Source of the DNA: Planctomycetota bacterium
GTDB taxonomy: Bacteria > Planctomycetota > UBA8108 > SXIK01
NCBI GenBank assembly: GCA_965223845.1
Contig: CBDCXR010000004.1
Coordinates: 7,072,001-7,136,000 of the forward strand
Length of the DNA: 64,000 nucleotides
Reading direction: 5' to 3'
Part shown: piece after piece, positions 37,549 to 47,859 of the stretch
Numbering within the stretch: the stretch's first letter is position 1
How the letters are laid out: each line of letters begins with the position of its first letter
Program-made: the position numbers and the translations under genes
The notes under the pieces: generated by a model
Database searches by the model: none
Seen by the model: the letters and a program-made list of their open reading frames with translations, nothing else
What the model was told of the DNA's origin: nothing

Positions 37549-40167
37549 ATGTCAGATCCCGGTAGCACGAACCGCCTCGGCGATTTCGACCTCGTGCGCG
37601 AGCTCGGGCGCGGAGGAATGGGCGTCGTCTACGCTGCGCACCAGCGCTCGCTGAATCGACACGTCGCGTTGAAGGTCATCTCGACCGGGCTCGGGATGTC
37701 ACCGACCGCGGTCGCGCGGTTTCGGCGCGAGGCCGAAGCGAACGCCAAGCTGCATCACCCGCACATTGTCCCGATCTACGCGACGGGGGAGCTCGACGGG
37801 ACCCACTACTACGCGATGGAGCTCGTCGAGGGTCCTTCCCTCGACAAGGTTGTCGCGTGGCTGCGAGCCGGCGCGCCCGATTCCGAGCTCGCCGCGACGG
37901 CGGCTCAGTCTCGGGCGTCGAATGCAGCGGACGAAACCGCGGTGGTGGATCATCCCGATTTGGATGTCACTGGATCCGTCTCGCCGCAGGCACCGTCGAG
38001 TGGAGCGGACGAGACGGACGGGAACGACGGAGTCCGTCCGACCGTCGCGCCGTGGGTGGCGGAGCTTCTCGGAGTGGGTTCGAGCGCCGGGGCGCGCACT
38101 CGGTATTTCGACACGATCGCGGCGATGGTCGCCGGCGTCGCGCGCGGTCTCGAGTACGCGCATGAGCTCGGCGTCATTCATCGAGACATCAAGCCCGCGA
38201 ACCTGCTTCTCTCTCGCGACGGCCGCGTGAGCATCAACGACTTCGGTCTCGCGCGAATTTTGGAGGAGCCCGGCCTCACGACGACCGGCGAGTTCGTTGG
38301 CTCTCCTCTCTTTACGTCGCCGGAGCAGATTTCCGCGGGACGTGCACCGCTCGATCACCGAACGGACGTCTACTCGCTCGGTGCGACCCTCTATCAGTTG
38401 CTCACTCTCGAGCCGCCGGTCTTGGGGTCGTCACGCGACGAGGTGCTCTCGAATGTGCTCCACGCCGATCCGATTCCTCCTCGCCAGCACCGCCCGCAGA
38501 TTCCGGTCGACCTCGAAACGATCTGTCTGAAAGCGCTCGAGCGTGATCCGAGTCGCCGGTACGCATCGTGCGGTGAGTTCGCGTGCGATCTCGAGAGCTT
38601 CACGAAGCGCGAGCCGATCTCGGCGCGGCGCGCCGGCCCGCTCGAGCGAGGGATTCGCTGGTTGAGTCGCCATCGCTCGCTCGCTGCTGCGGGTGCGGTG
38701 GCGATCGCGTTCGGGATCGCGGTCGCGATCGTCCTCGTTCAAAACCGAGCCGAACGGCGCGAGCGCTCGAAGCAGGACGCCGTCTACGCCGCCTTCGCCG
38801 GTGATTTCCCGCGGGCGGACGCCGCGATCTCCGCCGCTCGCGACGCCGGCGCGTCCGCACCGTGGGCGCACATGCTCCGCGGGCAACTCGCGCTCCTCCA
38901 GGGGCGAAGCGGCGAGGCGGTGGCCGAGCTTCAAACCGCGATCGACGGCGGCCCCGGCACGATTTCCGAGAACGCGATCCTCGCGAGCGCGTACTTTTCG
39001 GACGGCGATTGGTTCTCGTTTCGCCGCGCGATCTCACGAGTCGCCGGCGCTGTTCCGACGAGCGCCGAAGAGGCGCTCTTTCTCGGCGACGCGCTGAAAT
39101 GGATCGATGCGGCAGGTGCCGTCGAGACGCTGCGCGCTGCCATCGCCCAGCACAACTCACCGGTGACCCGTATCGTCCTTGCGAACGCGCGGTCTCTCCT
39201 CGCCATCGAACACGGAGACGCCGCACTCGCGAGAGAGGCGCGGGACGACGCTCGTGCGGCGCGCGCGTTTCTGCGAAGCGAGGAAGCGTCGCCGGGAGCC
39301 GGTGATCCGCTCTCCGACGGCGCGGAGCTGCTCGCGCTGCTCGTCCTCGCCGGTCTCGAGCCGGGGCGCGAGCGGGAGTACCTCGATGAAGGCGCGGCGG
39401 CGGCCGAACGCTTGGCGGATCGCCATCTTCCCATGGGTCGCCAGTGGCGGTTGTTCCATCTTCTCCATCGCGGTCGCTACGACGAGCTCATCGAAGAGTT
39501 TCGACGACAGGACGGGAGCTATCGAGTCACCGGCTACAACGTCTGGCCGTACTGCGCCGCTGTTCTCGCCTCGAATCGCATGGTGGAGCGCGCCGGGTCG
39601 CTGCGCCGGCCGGCGGTAGACACGCTCCGTTCTCCGGTCGTGTGTGCCGAGCTGTCGTGTGGTCTCCTGCTCGCGGCATCGAACCGCGAGGATCTCCGGC
39701 GCGAGGCGGCGGAGGTCTATCGCGTCTTCCTCCGCCGGCTCGAAGCTGGGGCGCTGAGCATGGAGAGTGCGTCCGTGATCCTCGAGATCCCGGCCTTGCT
39801 CGGCGAGACCGAAACGGCGGCGGCGCGAGCGAAGGAGCTACTTCGGGACGAGGCGTTCCTCGTCGCTGCTCCCGCTGAAGGGCCGTGGATCTGGCCGCGC
39901 AAGGCGGCCGAAATCGTCGCGGGAGTCATCGACGAAGAGGAGTTTCGTCGGGCGGTTTGGGATTCGCGTCCCCAACGCGGCGAGGCGTTGGGATTCCTCG
40001 GCGTCGTCAAGCTCGGCCGGGGCGATCGGGAGGGGGCGCGCGACTGCTTCGAGGACTCGATCCAGTCGGGCGCGTTTTTCTTCCACGGTCCGGCGATCGC
40101 TCGCGGATTCCTCGCGCGCATGGACGCCGATCCGAGCTGGCCGGCTTGGATCGTTGCGACTGACTGA
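37549..40167 (+). CDS. Transmembrane Ser/Thr protein kinase with TPR-like C-terminal region
   Basis: LGRGGMGVVY, VALK, HRDIKPANLLL, DFGLAR, GSPLFTSPEQ, DVYSLG; TM AAAGAVAIAFGIAVAIVLV. Confidence 0.93.
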   Translation: MSDPGSTNRLGDFDLVRELGRGGMGVVYAAHQRSLNRHVALKVISTGLGMSPTAVARFRREAEANAKLHHPHIVPIYATGELDGTHYYAMELVEGPSLDKVVAWLRAGAPDSELAATAAQSRASNAADETAVVDHPDLDVTGSVSPQAPSSGADETDGNDGVRPTVAPWVAELLGVGSSAGARTRYFDTIAAMVAGVARGLEYAHELGVIHRDIKPANLLLSRDGRVSINDFGLARILEEPGLTTTGEFVGSPLFTSPEQISAGRAPLDHRTDVYSLGATLYQLLTLEPPVLGSSRDEVLSNVLHADPIPPRQHRPQIPVDLETICLKALERDPSRRYASCGEFACDLESFTKREPISARRAGPLERGIRWLSRHRSLAAAGAVAIAFGIAVAIVLVQNRAERRERSKQDAVYAAFAGDFPRADAAISAARDAGASAPWAHMLRGQLALLQGRSGEAVAELQTAIDGGPGTISENAILASAYFSDGDWFSFRRAISRVAGAVPTSAEEALFLGDALKWIDAAGAVETLRAAIAQHNSPVTRIVLANARSLLAIEHGDAALAREARDDARAARAFLRSEEASPGAGDPLSDGAELLALLVLAGLEPGREREYLDEGAAAAERLADRHLPMGRQWRLFHLLHRGRYDELIEEFRRQDGSYRVTGYNVWPYCAAVLASNRMVERAGSLRRPAVDTLRSPVVCAELSCGLLLAASNREDLRREAAEVYRVFLRRLEAGALSMESASVILEIPALLGETETAAARAKELLRDEAFLVAAPAEGPWIWPRKAAEIVAGVIDEEEFRRAVWDSRPQRGEALGFLGVVKLGRGDREGARDCFEDSIQSGAFFFHGPAIARGFLARMDADPSWPAWIVATD

Positions 40168-40237
40168 GCGGTCCCGGACTCTCCTGCGGAAATTCGAGGG
40201 TAGAGCCCTCCGTCGATCGCCGCACGGGGACGGCGAG

Positions 40238-41095
40238 CTACCGTCTCGGTGCGTACCGAGATTCGGCTTCGTTCCAAGCCTCGGCGACCTCGCGGTCGAG
40301 GAGATGCGATGGCCGGACGTTCTTGATCGCCGCCAGCATCACGTCGCGGACGTTCGGATGCTCTTCTTCGAGTCGCTCGAGCAGCGCGGCGATCCTCTCC
40401 CGCTTCAGCCCTTCCTGCGAACCGCAGAGATTGCACGGAAGGATCGGGTAGGCCGCGTACTCCGCGTGCCTCGCGATGTCGCGTTCGGCGCACTCGACGA
40501 GAGGACGGATGACCTCGAAGCGTCCGTCGTTCGTTCGATAGGAAGCAGGCATCGCTTGAAGCTTCCCGCCGAAGAAGAGATTTAGGAGCAGCGTCTCGAG
40601 CGCGTCGTCGCGGTGATGCCCGAGCGCGATCTTGTTGCACTCGAGGCGCTCGGCGGCCGAGTACAGGATCCCCCGGCGGAGGCGGGAGCACGGTGCGCAG
40701 TAGGACTTGCCGCCTTCTTCCGCCTGACGGACGACCGTCGAATACGTGTCTTCCCGATGGATCTCGAACGGCACGCCGAAGCGCTCGAGCCAGTCGGCGA
40801 GCGGACGACCATCGTAGCCGGGCTGCGCCTGATCGAGATGAAACGCGATCAGTTCGAACTCGACCGGCGCCTTGCGTCGCGCCGACGACAGGAGATCGAG
40901 CAGCGTGTAGCTGTCCTTTCCGCCGGAGAGCGCGACGAGGATGCGGTCACCGTTCGCGATGAGATCGAACGCTCCGACGGTCCGGAGCATCAGGCGTGAG
41001 AGCCGTTTTCGCAGGATCTCGGCCTCCTCGCCGAGAGCGCACTCGCGCCCGGACGCCGTCGAAGAAGCAGGGGAGAGAATCGGGAGGTCGCGCAT
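40238..41095 (-). CDS. ttcA: tRNA 2-thiocytidine biosynthesis protein
   Basis: PP-loop ALSGGKDS, CAPCSRLRRG, ALGHHRDD, IRPL, PCNLCGSQ. Confidence 0.95.
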   Translation of the reverse strand: MRDLPILSPASSTASGRECALGEEAEILRKRLSRLMLRTVGAFDLIANGDRILVALSGGKDSYTLLDLLSSARRKAPVEFELIAFHLDQAQPGYDGRPLADWLERFGVPFEIHREDTYSTVVRQAEEGGKSYCAPCSRLRRGILYSAAERLECNKIALGHHRDDALETLLLNLFFGGKLQAMPASYRTNDGRFEVIRPLVECAERDIARHAEYAAYPILPCNLCGSQEGLKRERIAALLERLEEEHPNVRDVMLAAIKNVRPSHLLDREVAEAWNEAESRYAPRR

Positions 41096-41214
41096 CGAAA
41101 GAGGATCCGTATCGTCCGTATTCGTCCGGCCGTTCGCGACGTCGCCGCCCGCTGGGCGCCCTCATCGCTTCCGCCACGATAACCGTCCGCGCCGGAGGAA
41201 GGCGCCTGCGAACT

Positions 41215-42447
41215 TCAGCGTCGTCTCGGGCTCCGAGTTCGCCCGGTTGAATCGAGGACGTCGAGAAGCCAGCGAAACTCGCGGCAGATCCCGCGGACGA
41301 GCTTGTCCTCGCTCGTCAGAATCGGCCATGTGTACGTCTCGATGACGAGGTGGTCGGTGTCCCGGCGTTTGAGCACTTCGACGACCGCCTCGCGCGTCTC
41401 GTCCTGCGTCGTCTCCATCCGAAGCCACTTCTTCAGATAGACGGGGACGTGATAGTGCGAGCGGAGTTCAACCACGTTCGGATGCCGATCGCGGTCGAGG
41501 CGCCGGGGAAGCAAGTTGAGATCGAGGTCCCGCCAAACCGCACGACCGCGTTCGTTCACGCCGCAAAACTGGTGAAAGTAACGGGGTTCGTGCATTCCGC
41601 GAAGGTCGGCGTAGCCGCTGGGGCGGCGAAACGGGTTTCGCAGCCGGATCGCGTTCGTCACGTGGAGCTTCCCGATGCCGATTCCCGCGCGGCGGAGTTG
41701 CTTTAGGTTTTCGGGAAGGCTCTCGAAGAGAACCGAAAAGTGGCACGTGTCGACATTGACCGTGAAAAACCGCCGGAGGGTTTCTTCCGCCTTCGCGCGG
41801 CGGCGGCGATCCTTGCCCCAGGCATCCTTCGCGGCGGGCCAGAGATAGCTCTCGAAAAACTCGATCACGTCGCGCGCGTTCTCGAAAGTCGTTTCGGGTT
41901 CGGGCTCGGCGGCGAGAACGATCGTCTTCCCGGTGCGCTGCTCGAGGTCCGCGAGATGGGCGACCGTGCGGAGGTACCCCTGCGCGAGTTTCCGAAACGC
42001 CTTTGGGTCGTGGGCCTCGCGCCGGTACATCCCACCCGATGTGCTGATCGAGCCGGTGAGCCCCGCCGGGAGCAGATCGGCAAAGATGTCCGCGATCGCG
42101 TTCGTCCACCGAGGCCGGGCCGCCTCGGCCCAAGACGGCCGGTACACCTGCTCCTTCACGCGTCGCGCGTGAAAGTCGAGGAGCGGAAACGCATTGATGG
42201 AGAAGACGAAGAGCTCGTTCGCGGCGAGAAACTCGGCCAGCTCCTCGCGCGCGCGGCGGGAGCGCAGCTCGCGGGCCGTTTCGATCCCGAGTCGCAGCTC
42301 GACTCCCCGCGATTCTCGTCCGAACACGCGATTGCGGACCGGGATGGTGTAGTCGCGGAGGAAGCGGTAGATGTCGCGGAGCGTTTCGCTCGGATGGACG
42401 TTTGTCGCGTAGGCGAGGAGGGGCTTCTTGGGCAAGGCAGAGTTCAT
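41215..42447 (-). CDS. eboE: EboE-like xylose-isomerase-type TIM-barrel protein
   Basis: YATNVHPSET, SINAFP..FH..VKEQVYRPSW, AEPEP, DTCHFSVLFE, EPRYFHQ, RSHYHVP, IETYTW. Confidence 0.8.
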   Translation of the reverse strand: MNSALPKKPLLAYATNVHPSETLRDIYRFLRDYTIPVRNRVFGRESRGVELRLGIETARELRSRRAREELAEFLAANELFVFSINAFPLLDFHARRVKEQVYRPSWAEAARPRWTNAIADIFADLLPAGLTGSISTSGGMYRREAHDPKAFRKLAQGYLRTVAHLADLEQRTGKTIVLAAEPEPETTFENARDVIEFFESYLWPAAKDAWGKDRRRRAKAEETLRRFFTVNVDTCHFSVLFESLPENLKQLRRAGIGIGKLHVTNAIRLRNPFRRPSGYADLRGMHEPRYFHQFCGVNERGRAVWRDLDLNLLPRRLDRDRHPNVVELRSHYHVPVYLKKWLRMETTQDETREAVVEVLKRRDTDHLVIETYTWPILTSEDKLVRGICREFRWLLDVLDSTGRTRSPRRR

Positions 42448-42776
42448 TGAATTCGGTCGCCCCGAAGGGGACGCCGCCCGAGTGGCGCGGTCCGCGCGGC
42501 GTTTCGCGGGTTCGGAGCCCAACAACCTTAACGGGGATGCCGCCGCGCGGAAAGTCCACACCGGGAGCGGGCCGGATCTCGTCCCGGAACGACTTTAGAA
42601 TAGAGCGCCGAACCTCGGCGCCGCGCGTGGAGTTCTCCGGGAGAGTGGGCGCGCCGCGAGCGATCGCGGTTCGGGTACACTGGCGGCTTCAGCCTTCCTC
42701 GAATCGGAGTGGCGGTCGTCGTCTCGGCGGCGAGGGAGCCTGCCGAGCCCACCCGGTGATCTCGCCAACGATCACG

Positions 42777-43652
42777 ATGAACAGTTCCGAAAAAGTGCGT
42801 GACGATACCGCCGCGCCCGGGAATGGGTGCGCGCCGATCAGCGCCGTTCTCGCGGTGCGCGACGAGGCATCGCAGCTTCGGGAGGCGCTCGAGCAGCTGT
42901 CGTTTTGCGCCGAGATCGTCGTCGTCGACATGGGGAGCGTCGACGGTTCGCTGGAGATCGCGCGCGAACTGGCCGATAAGTGCATCAGCCACGACGGGGG
43001 GCCGCACGCGCTGATCCACGTCAACAAGAACGTAGGGATCGACGCGGCCTCCCACGAGTGGGTGCTCAACCTGGACGCCGACGAACGGCTGACGCCCGAG
43101 CTTCGCGCCGAGATCATCGAGGTAGTCGCAGACCCCGATCCGGAAGTCGTCGCCTACGGGCTGCCGTTCACGCACTACTTTTTCGGACGTTATCTTCGCT
43201 ACGGCGGGTTTCGCGGTCCACTCGTTCGTCTCTTTCGCCGCGACCGGTTTCGCTACGGCGAGGAGCGCGCTCATTCGGCTCCGGCCATCGACGGTCGTAC
43301 CGAGGTGCTGAAGAATCTCGTGGTCCACTTCAATCATCCGACGATCGCAAGCTTCGTCGAGAAGATGAATCGCTACACCTCGAGCGACGCGCCACTCGCG
43401 ATCGAGCACGGTCGCGGAGGGCTCCGCAACCGCCCCGTCCCGCAGCGCTTCGGATGGGCTCTCGCCACGGCGCCCTTCCGGGTGTTCTGGAACCGCTACG
43501 TACGCCACCAGGGATTCCGCGACGGCGCCCACGGATTCGTCGCCGCGGTTCTGATGGGGGCCTATCAGTTCGTCGAGCACGGAAAGATGTGGGAGTGCCT
43601 CCACGCGAGTTCGGGTGGCGCGGCGAAGACCGAGGCAGATCGCGATGACTGA
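42777..43652 (+). CDS. GT2 glycosyltransferase (WaaE/KdtX-like)
   Basis: IVVVDMGSVDGS, WVLNLDADE, RLFRR, KMNRYTS, GFRDGAHG. Confidence 0.9.
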   Translation: MNSSEKVRDDTAAPGNGCAPISAVLAVRDEASQLREALEQLSFCAEIVVVDMGSVDGSLEIARELADKCISHDGGPHALIHVNKNVGIDAASHEWVLNLDADERLTPELRAEIIEVVADPDPEVVAYGLPFTHYFFGRYLRYGGFRGPLVRLFRRDRFRYGEERAHSAPAIDGRTEVLKNLVVHFNHPTIASFVEKMNRYTSSDAPLAIEHGRGGLRNRPVPQRFGWALATAPFRVFWNRYVRHQGFRDGAHGFVAAVLMGAYQFVEHGKMWECLHASSGGAAKTEADRDD

Positions 43653-45741
43653 TTCGCCCGAGAGCGCTCCGAACGCCGGACCGGCGAGTGAACGCGCCGC
43701 GGCGGATTCTACTTCTTCCGCCTCGGCCGCGCGTTCGGGAGCCGTCGACGAGCCGGTGTTCGCGGCCACCGGCGTTTGGCACTTCTACCGGAGCGTCATT
43801 CGCAACTACTGGCGACGGTTCGCGCTCATGCTCGGGCTCACGACGGCGTACACCGGCGTTACGATCGCGCGCCTCGGCGCATTCGGCGTGCTTCTCGCCG
43901 CGCTCCGGTACAAATTCGGGAACTCCGACGCTCCGCCTGAGACCATCGTTCACCTGAGCAATGGGCTGGAGTGGATCGGGCAGTCCGTCGACTTCACGCA
44001 GCTTCGCGCAGCGGCGAACAACGACTTTCTGTACACCTTCCTCGGCGCCATGATCGTCGCGTTCATGATCGCGGCGCTGTTCTCGGCGTTTGCGTTCTTC
44101 TTTAAGGACTATTTCGCCCAGTCGATTACGTTTCGCGCTTCCGCCGACATCCGACGGGCGATGTTCAACCACCTCACTCGGCAGTCGGTGGCGTACTTCA
44201 ATCGCCAGCGCTCCGGCGATGTGATTTCGCGCCTTACGAACGACGTTGGAACCGTGCAACTCAGCTTTAGGTTCTTTTTCCAGAACGTCGTTCAGGAGCC
44301 GATTCGCATCGTGTCGCTCCTCTGCGTCGCCTGCATTGCGAGCCCGATGCTGTTCGGGCTCACACTCCCGCTCTACGCAGTGATCATGTGGCCCATGTTC
44401 CGGGCGGGAAAGAAGGTGATCAAGCACGGGCGCGGACGCCAAGTGAAGCTCGGACTCGTCACCGAGGCGATTCAGCAACTCTTCGGCGGCATCCGCATCG
44501 TCAAGGCGTTCGGGATGGAGGCGCACGAACGTTCGCGCTTCGTGCAGAAGAACGCAGAGCTCGTCAAGAGCTCGCTCCGCATGGTGAAGGCGAAGGCGAA
44601 GGGGCGGTCTCTCCAGGAGCTCCTCTACAACGTCGGCGTCGCCGGCTTTCTCTTCGCGGCGGTGTGGCTCCTCGCCGAGGGCGTGATGGAGCTCGAAGTG
44701 CTGCTCGTGTTCATCCTCGCGATCGTCGACACGTACCATCCCATCAAAGCGCTCTCGAAGGCGTACAACACGATGATGGAGGCGAGGGCGGGCGTCGAGC
44801 GAGTGATCGAGGTTCTGGGCGAGCGTCCGCTCATCGCCGACGATGCTACGCTCGAGGAGTTTCCCGGCCTGCGCGAAGAGATCCGCTTCGAGGGTGTTGA
44901 TTTCTCCTACGATCACGTCGAGGCCGAGCTCGCGAAGGAGATCCTCAACGCCGAGCCGAGTTCCACCGAGGAGCCGGCGCCCGTCGAGCCACTCGTCGAC
45001 GAGGAGCGGCCGTTCCCGGGCGTCATCCAAGGCGTGTCGCTCGACGTGAAGGCGGGTGAAGTGGTCGCGCTCGTCGGGCCGAGCGGCGCGGGCAAGTCGA
45101 CGCTGGTCGATCTTCTCGCGCGCTTCTACGATCCGCAGGCCGGACGCATCCTCGTCGACGGCGTCGACATCCGCCGTTACCGGCAGTCTTCGTACGTGCG
45201 CGCGATCGCCGTCGTGTCGCAGGATCCCTTTCTTTTCAACGACTCGATCCGCGAGAACGTTCGGTACGGAAAGTCGGACGCGACCGATGCCGAGGTCGAG
45301 GACGCTGCGCGCGTCGCGTGTGCGCACGAGTTCATCCTCGAGCAGCCGGAGGGCTACGAAACCGTGATCGGAGATCGCGGCGTCAAGCTCTCGGGAGGTC
45401 AGCGCCAGCGCATCACCATCGCCCGAGCAGTCCTCAAGAACGCGCCGATCCTCATCCTCGATGAGGCGACGTCCTCTTTAGACACGCGCTCGGAGAGAGA
45501 AGTCCAGGAGGCGATGGAGAACCTGATGCGCGACCGGACGACGTTCGTCATCGCCCATCGCCTCTCGACCATCGTCGGCGCGGACAAGATCGTCGTCCTC
45601 GACGACGGCCGCATCGTCGAGCTTGGGAACCACGACGAGCTCCTCGGGCGGAAGGGGGTGTACTCGCGGCTCTGGCTCTCGCAGAACGCGGGGGGGAGCG
45701 AGGACCCAAGATCGGTGTCGCCGCCGGTGGGCTCGGCCTGA
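43645..45741 (+). CDS. MsbA-like ABC transporter (fused TMD-NBD)
   Basis: SGDVISRLTND, GPSGAGKST, LSGGQRQR, ILILDEATS, IAHRL; start overlaps the end of the GT2 gene. Confidence 0.93.
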   Translation: MTDSPESAPNAGPASERAAADSTSSASAARSGAVDEPVFAATGVWHFYRSVIRNYWRRFALMLGLTTAYTGVTIARLGAFGVLLAALRYKFGNSDAPPETIVHLSNGLEWIGQSVDFTQLRAAANNDFLYTFLGAMIVAFMIAALFSAFAFFFKDYFAQSITFRASADIRRAMFNHLTRQSVAYFNRQRSGDVISRLTNDVGTVQLSFRFFFQNVVQEPIRIVSLLCVACIASPMLFGLTLPLYAVIMWPMFRAGKKVIKHGRGRQVKLGLVTEAIQQLFGGIRIVKAFGMEAHERSRFVQKNAELVKSSLRMVKAKAKGRSLQELLYNVGVAGFLFAAVWLLAEGVMELEVLLVFILAIVDTYHPIKALSKAYNTMMEARAGVERVIEVLGERPLIADDATLEEFPGLREEIRFEGVDFSYDHVEAELAKEILNAEPSSTEEPAPVEPLVDEERPFPGVIQGVSLDVKAGEVVALVGPSGAGKSTLVDLLARFYDPQAGRILVDGVDIRRYRQSSYVRAIAVVSQDPFLFNDSIRENVRYGKSDATDAEVEDAARVACAHEFILEQPEGYETVIGDRGVKLSGGQRQRITIARAVLKNAPILILDEATSSLDTRSEREVQEAMENLMRDRTTFVIAHRLSTIVGADKIVVLDDGRIVELGNHDELLGRKGVYSRLWLSQNAGGSEDPRSVSPPVGSA

Positions 45742-45814
45742 TCGAAAGAGCTCTCGGGCGGGGCCCGTTCGTCCGGCCGGGCGAGGTCGAACCTCGTTCG
45801 ATGTTTTCGCTTCG

Positions 45815-46549
45815 CTAGCCTCGTCTCGTACTCTTCGCGCCCTCGCCCGCTCCCTCGTCTCGAACGCTCGCGAGCACCGCTCGGCCGTAGCGCCGGACTC
45901 GACCCTCGCCGAAGCCCTTCACCGCCGCGAGCTCACCGAGATCTCGCGGGCGTGCGGCGGCGATCGCCGCCAAGACAGTGTTCGGGAACACGCAGAACGC
46001 CGAGACCCGATGCGACTCGGCGAGTTCCCGCCGAACGCGCCAGAGTCGCTCCTCCTCGCGCGGGTTGTCGCCGAGACAAGGCGTCGACGGGAGGAGGCCG
46101 CTCGCGATGATCGACGGGTCTTCGATGAGTGCGCGCCCGCCGGTCGTGAGGATGAGCCGGCTCTGCGGAAGCTCCTCGAGCCAGCCGTGCGCGCGCAGCG
46201 ACTCGACGAATCGTTCGACCCACTCGGGCGAGATCGCCGCGAAGACTCCACGCACGGTTGCGAGTGGGGGCGACTCGCCCTCGGCCGGGCGGACCGTGCC
46301 GCGGAGAAGCTGGACGAGCTGGCGTGCTGTCGGCGGACGCGCGTGCTCGGCCGCAAACGTCGCCGCGGCGACGAGCGCGAGCCGCGCGAGCGCCGACTCG
46401 AAGACGCGGAGGATCGGCTCCGCGGTGTCGAGAGCGGCAGCGCTCGGACTTCGAACGCCGGTGCCAGGCATCTCTCGTTCGCCGGGGGCGGACTTCGAGT
46501 TTAGATCGGTGATCGCCCGAATTCGCCGAGTCTCAGACGTTGTTTTCAC
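45815..46549 (-). CDS. Stand-alone RQC (winged helix) plus HRDC domain protein
   Basis: AGGAGG RBS then GTG 46549; LVQLLRG..GVF..WVERFVESL...GWL..LILT..G (RQC-like); LWRVRRELA...SAFCVFPN..L..IA..RP..L..VKGFG...YG (HRDC). Confidence 0.8.
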   Translation of the reverse strand: MKTTSETRRIRAITDLNSKSAPGEREMPGTGVRSPSAAALDTAEPILRVFESALARLALVAAATFAAEHARPPTARQLVQLLRGTVRPAEGESPPLATVRGVFAAISPEWVERFVESLRAHGWLEELPQSRLILTTGGRALIEDPSIIASGLLPSTPCLGDNPREEERLWRVRRELAESHRVSAFCVFPNTVLAAIAAARPRDLGELAAVKGFGEGRVRRYGRAVLASVRDEGAGEGAKSTRRG

Positions 46550-46776
46550 GGAGCCTCCTGACGGAGGCGCATCCGGACGGCGGTGGGTCGGCTTTGGGAG
46601 TATAGAGCGCGATCGACCGGTCGCAAGCGGTGCGGGACAGTTGAGACCCGTCGACCGACAGCTCGAACGCGGAGAAGTGGCGCGGGATCGCGGAGCGCCG
46701 CGGAGCAGACGCGGGACGAATCGTGGGCGTCGACTCCGCCCGCGGTCGCCCAACTCCGTTCCTCGCGCTCGCGAAC

Positions 46777-47859
46777 CTACAGGCGCCGCTCGTGCAGGAG
46801 ATGGAGCAGGGGATTCCCGTCGATGAGCGATCGCCGCGCGGGATAGACGATCACGAGACCCGCGACGAATCCCCCGACGTGGGCCATCCAGCCCGTGTGC
46901 GTGACTTCGCCCGTTGGATCGAAGCTCGCGCCGACGACTTGAAGGGCGAACCAAAAGCTGAGCCACGCCCACGCCGGCGCCCGAATTTGGACGACGATCA
47001 ACATGAAAGTGAGCTCCGCGTCGCGGAACAGAATCAGGTACGCGGCCATCACACCGGCGATCGCACCGCTCGCGCCGACGAGCGCGCTCCCTCCGGGCGC
47101 GGCGACGATCGTGTGCAGAGTCCCGCCGGCGACGCCGCACGTCAGGAAGAGAAGGAGGAAGAGTCGCTTCCCGACGACGTCCTCGACGTTGTCTCCGATG
47201 ATATAGAGGAAGTAGAGATTGCCGACGAGATGCAGCCAGCCGGCGTGGACGAACATGTGAGTGACGAGAGTGCAGAACCCCCACGCCGACGGCAGATTCT
47301 CGCGCACGATCCCGAGCTCGTCGAAGCGACTCGACCCGCCGAGCATCTGAACGACGAGACAGACCGCGATGATCGCCGCCGTGATGACCGGTGGGCGCCG
47401 GGGCGGCACGTTGAACTCGATCGGAAGTCCGAGGATGAGCTGAAAGAACCACTCGCCCCAGGAAGTAGAACGGTCCGATTCCTTTCGGTGCCTCTCCCAC
47501 GAGCGGAGAGCTTCGAGATACTCCCACTCGCGGTGATCGAACCAGACTCCACCGCAGTGATCACATTGGTCGATCTCGAGGTCGCGGATTCCCCGAACGT
47601 GAAGGGCAGTGAAGGACTTCCGGCACTCGGGACACTCGAGCTCACTCGGACCCGCATCGATGATGTCCGGCGCGCGCTCGAGGAATGGCCCGACGATCGG
47701 CGCGGTGCCGTGTCGCTGGTGATCCCAGCTCGTCGGCGTGCACCAAAGCCCACTGCAGTTGGTGCAGATTTCGAGTGGCGTCCCTTCGTATTGAACGGGC
47801 TCGAGGCTGAGATCTCCGCAGCGCGGACAGCGATAGGGAAGGCCGGCTCGTTCGGGCAT
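46777..47859 (-). CDS. Rhomboid intramembrane protease with two N-terminal zf-TFIIB-like zinc ribbons
   Basis: CPRC..CTNCSGLW and CPEC..CDHCGGVWFD; HMFVHAGWLHLVGN, GASG, AHVGG. Confidence 0.92.
   Translation of the reverse strand: MPERAGLPYRCPRCGDLSLEPVQYEGTPLEICTNCSGLWCTPTSWDHQRHGTAPIVGPFLERAPDIIDAGPSELECPECRKSFTALHVRGIRDLEIDQCDHCGGVWFDHREWEYLEALRSWERHRKESDRSTSWGEWFFQLILGLPIEFNVPPRRPPVITAAIIAVCLVVQMLGGSSRFDELGIVRENLPSAWGFCTLVTHMFVHAGWLHLVGNLYFLYIIGDNVEDVVGKRLFLLLFLTCGVAGGTLHTIVAAPGGSALVGASGAIAGVMAAYLILFRDAELTFMLIVVQIRAPAWAWLSFWFALQVVGASFDPTGEVTHTGWMAHVGGFVAGLVIVYPARRSLIDGNPLLHLLHERRL

Noticed and set aside
37860-38100. Insertion within the second Ser/Thr kinase
   Set aside because: A roughly 80-aa low-complexity loop between subdomains V and VIa, common in such kinases; HRD-to-DFG spacing is normal.
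46550-47527. 5' extension of the 570-aa ORF 45815-47527
   Set aside because: It overlaps the rhomboid gene out of frame; a clear RBS supports the start at 46549.
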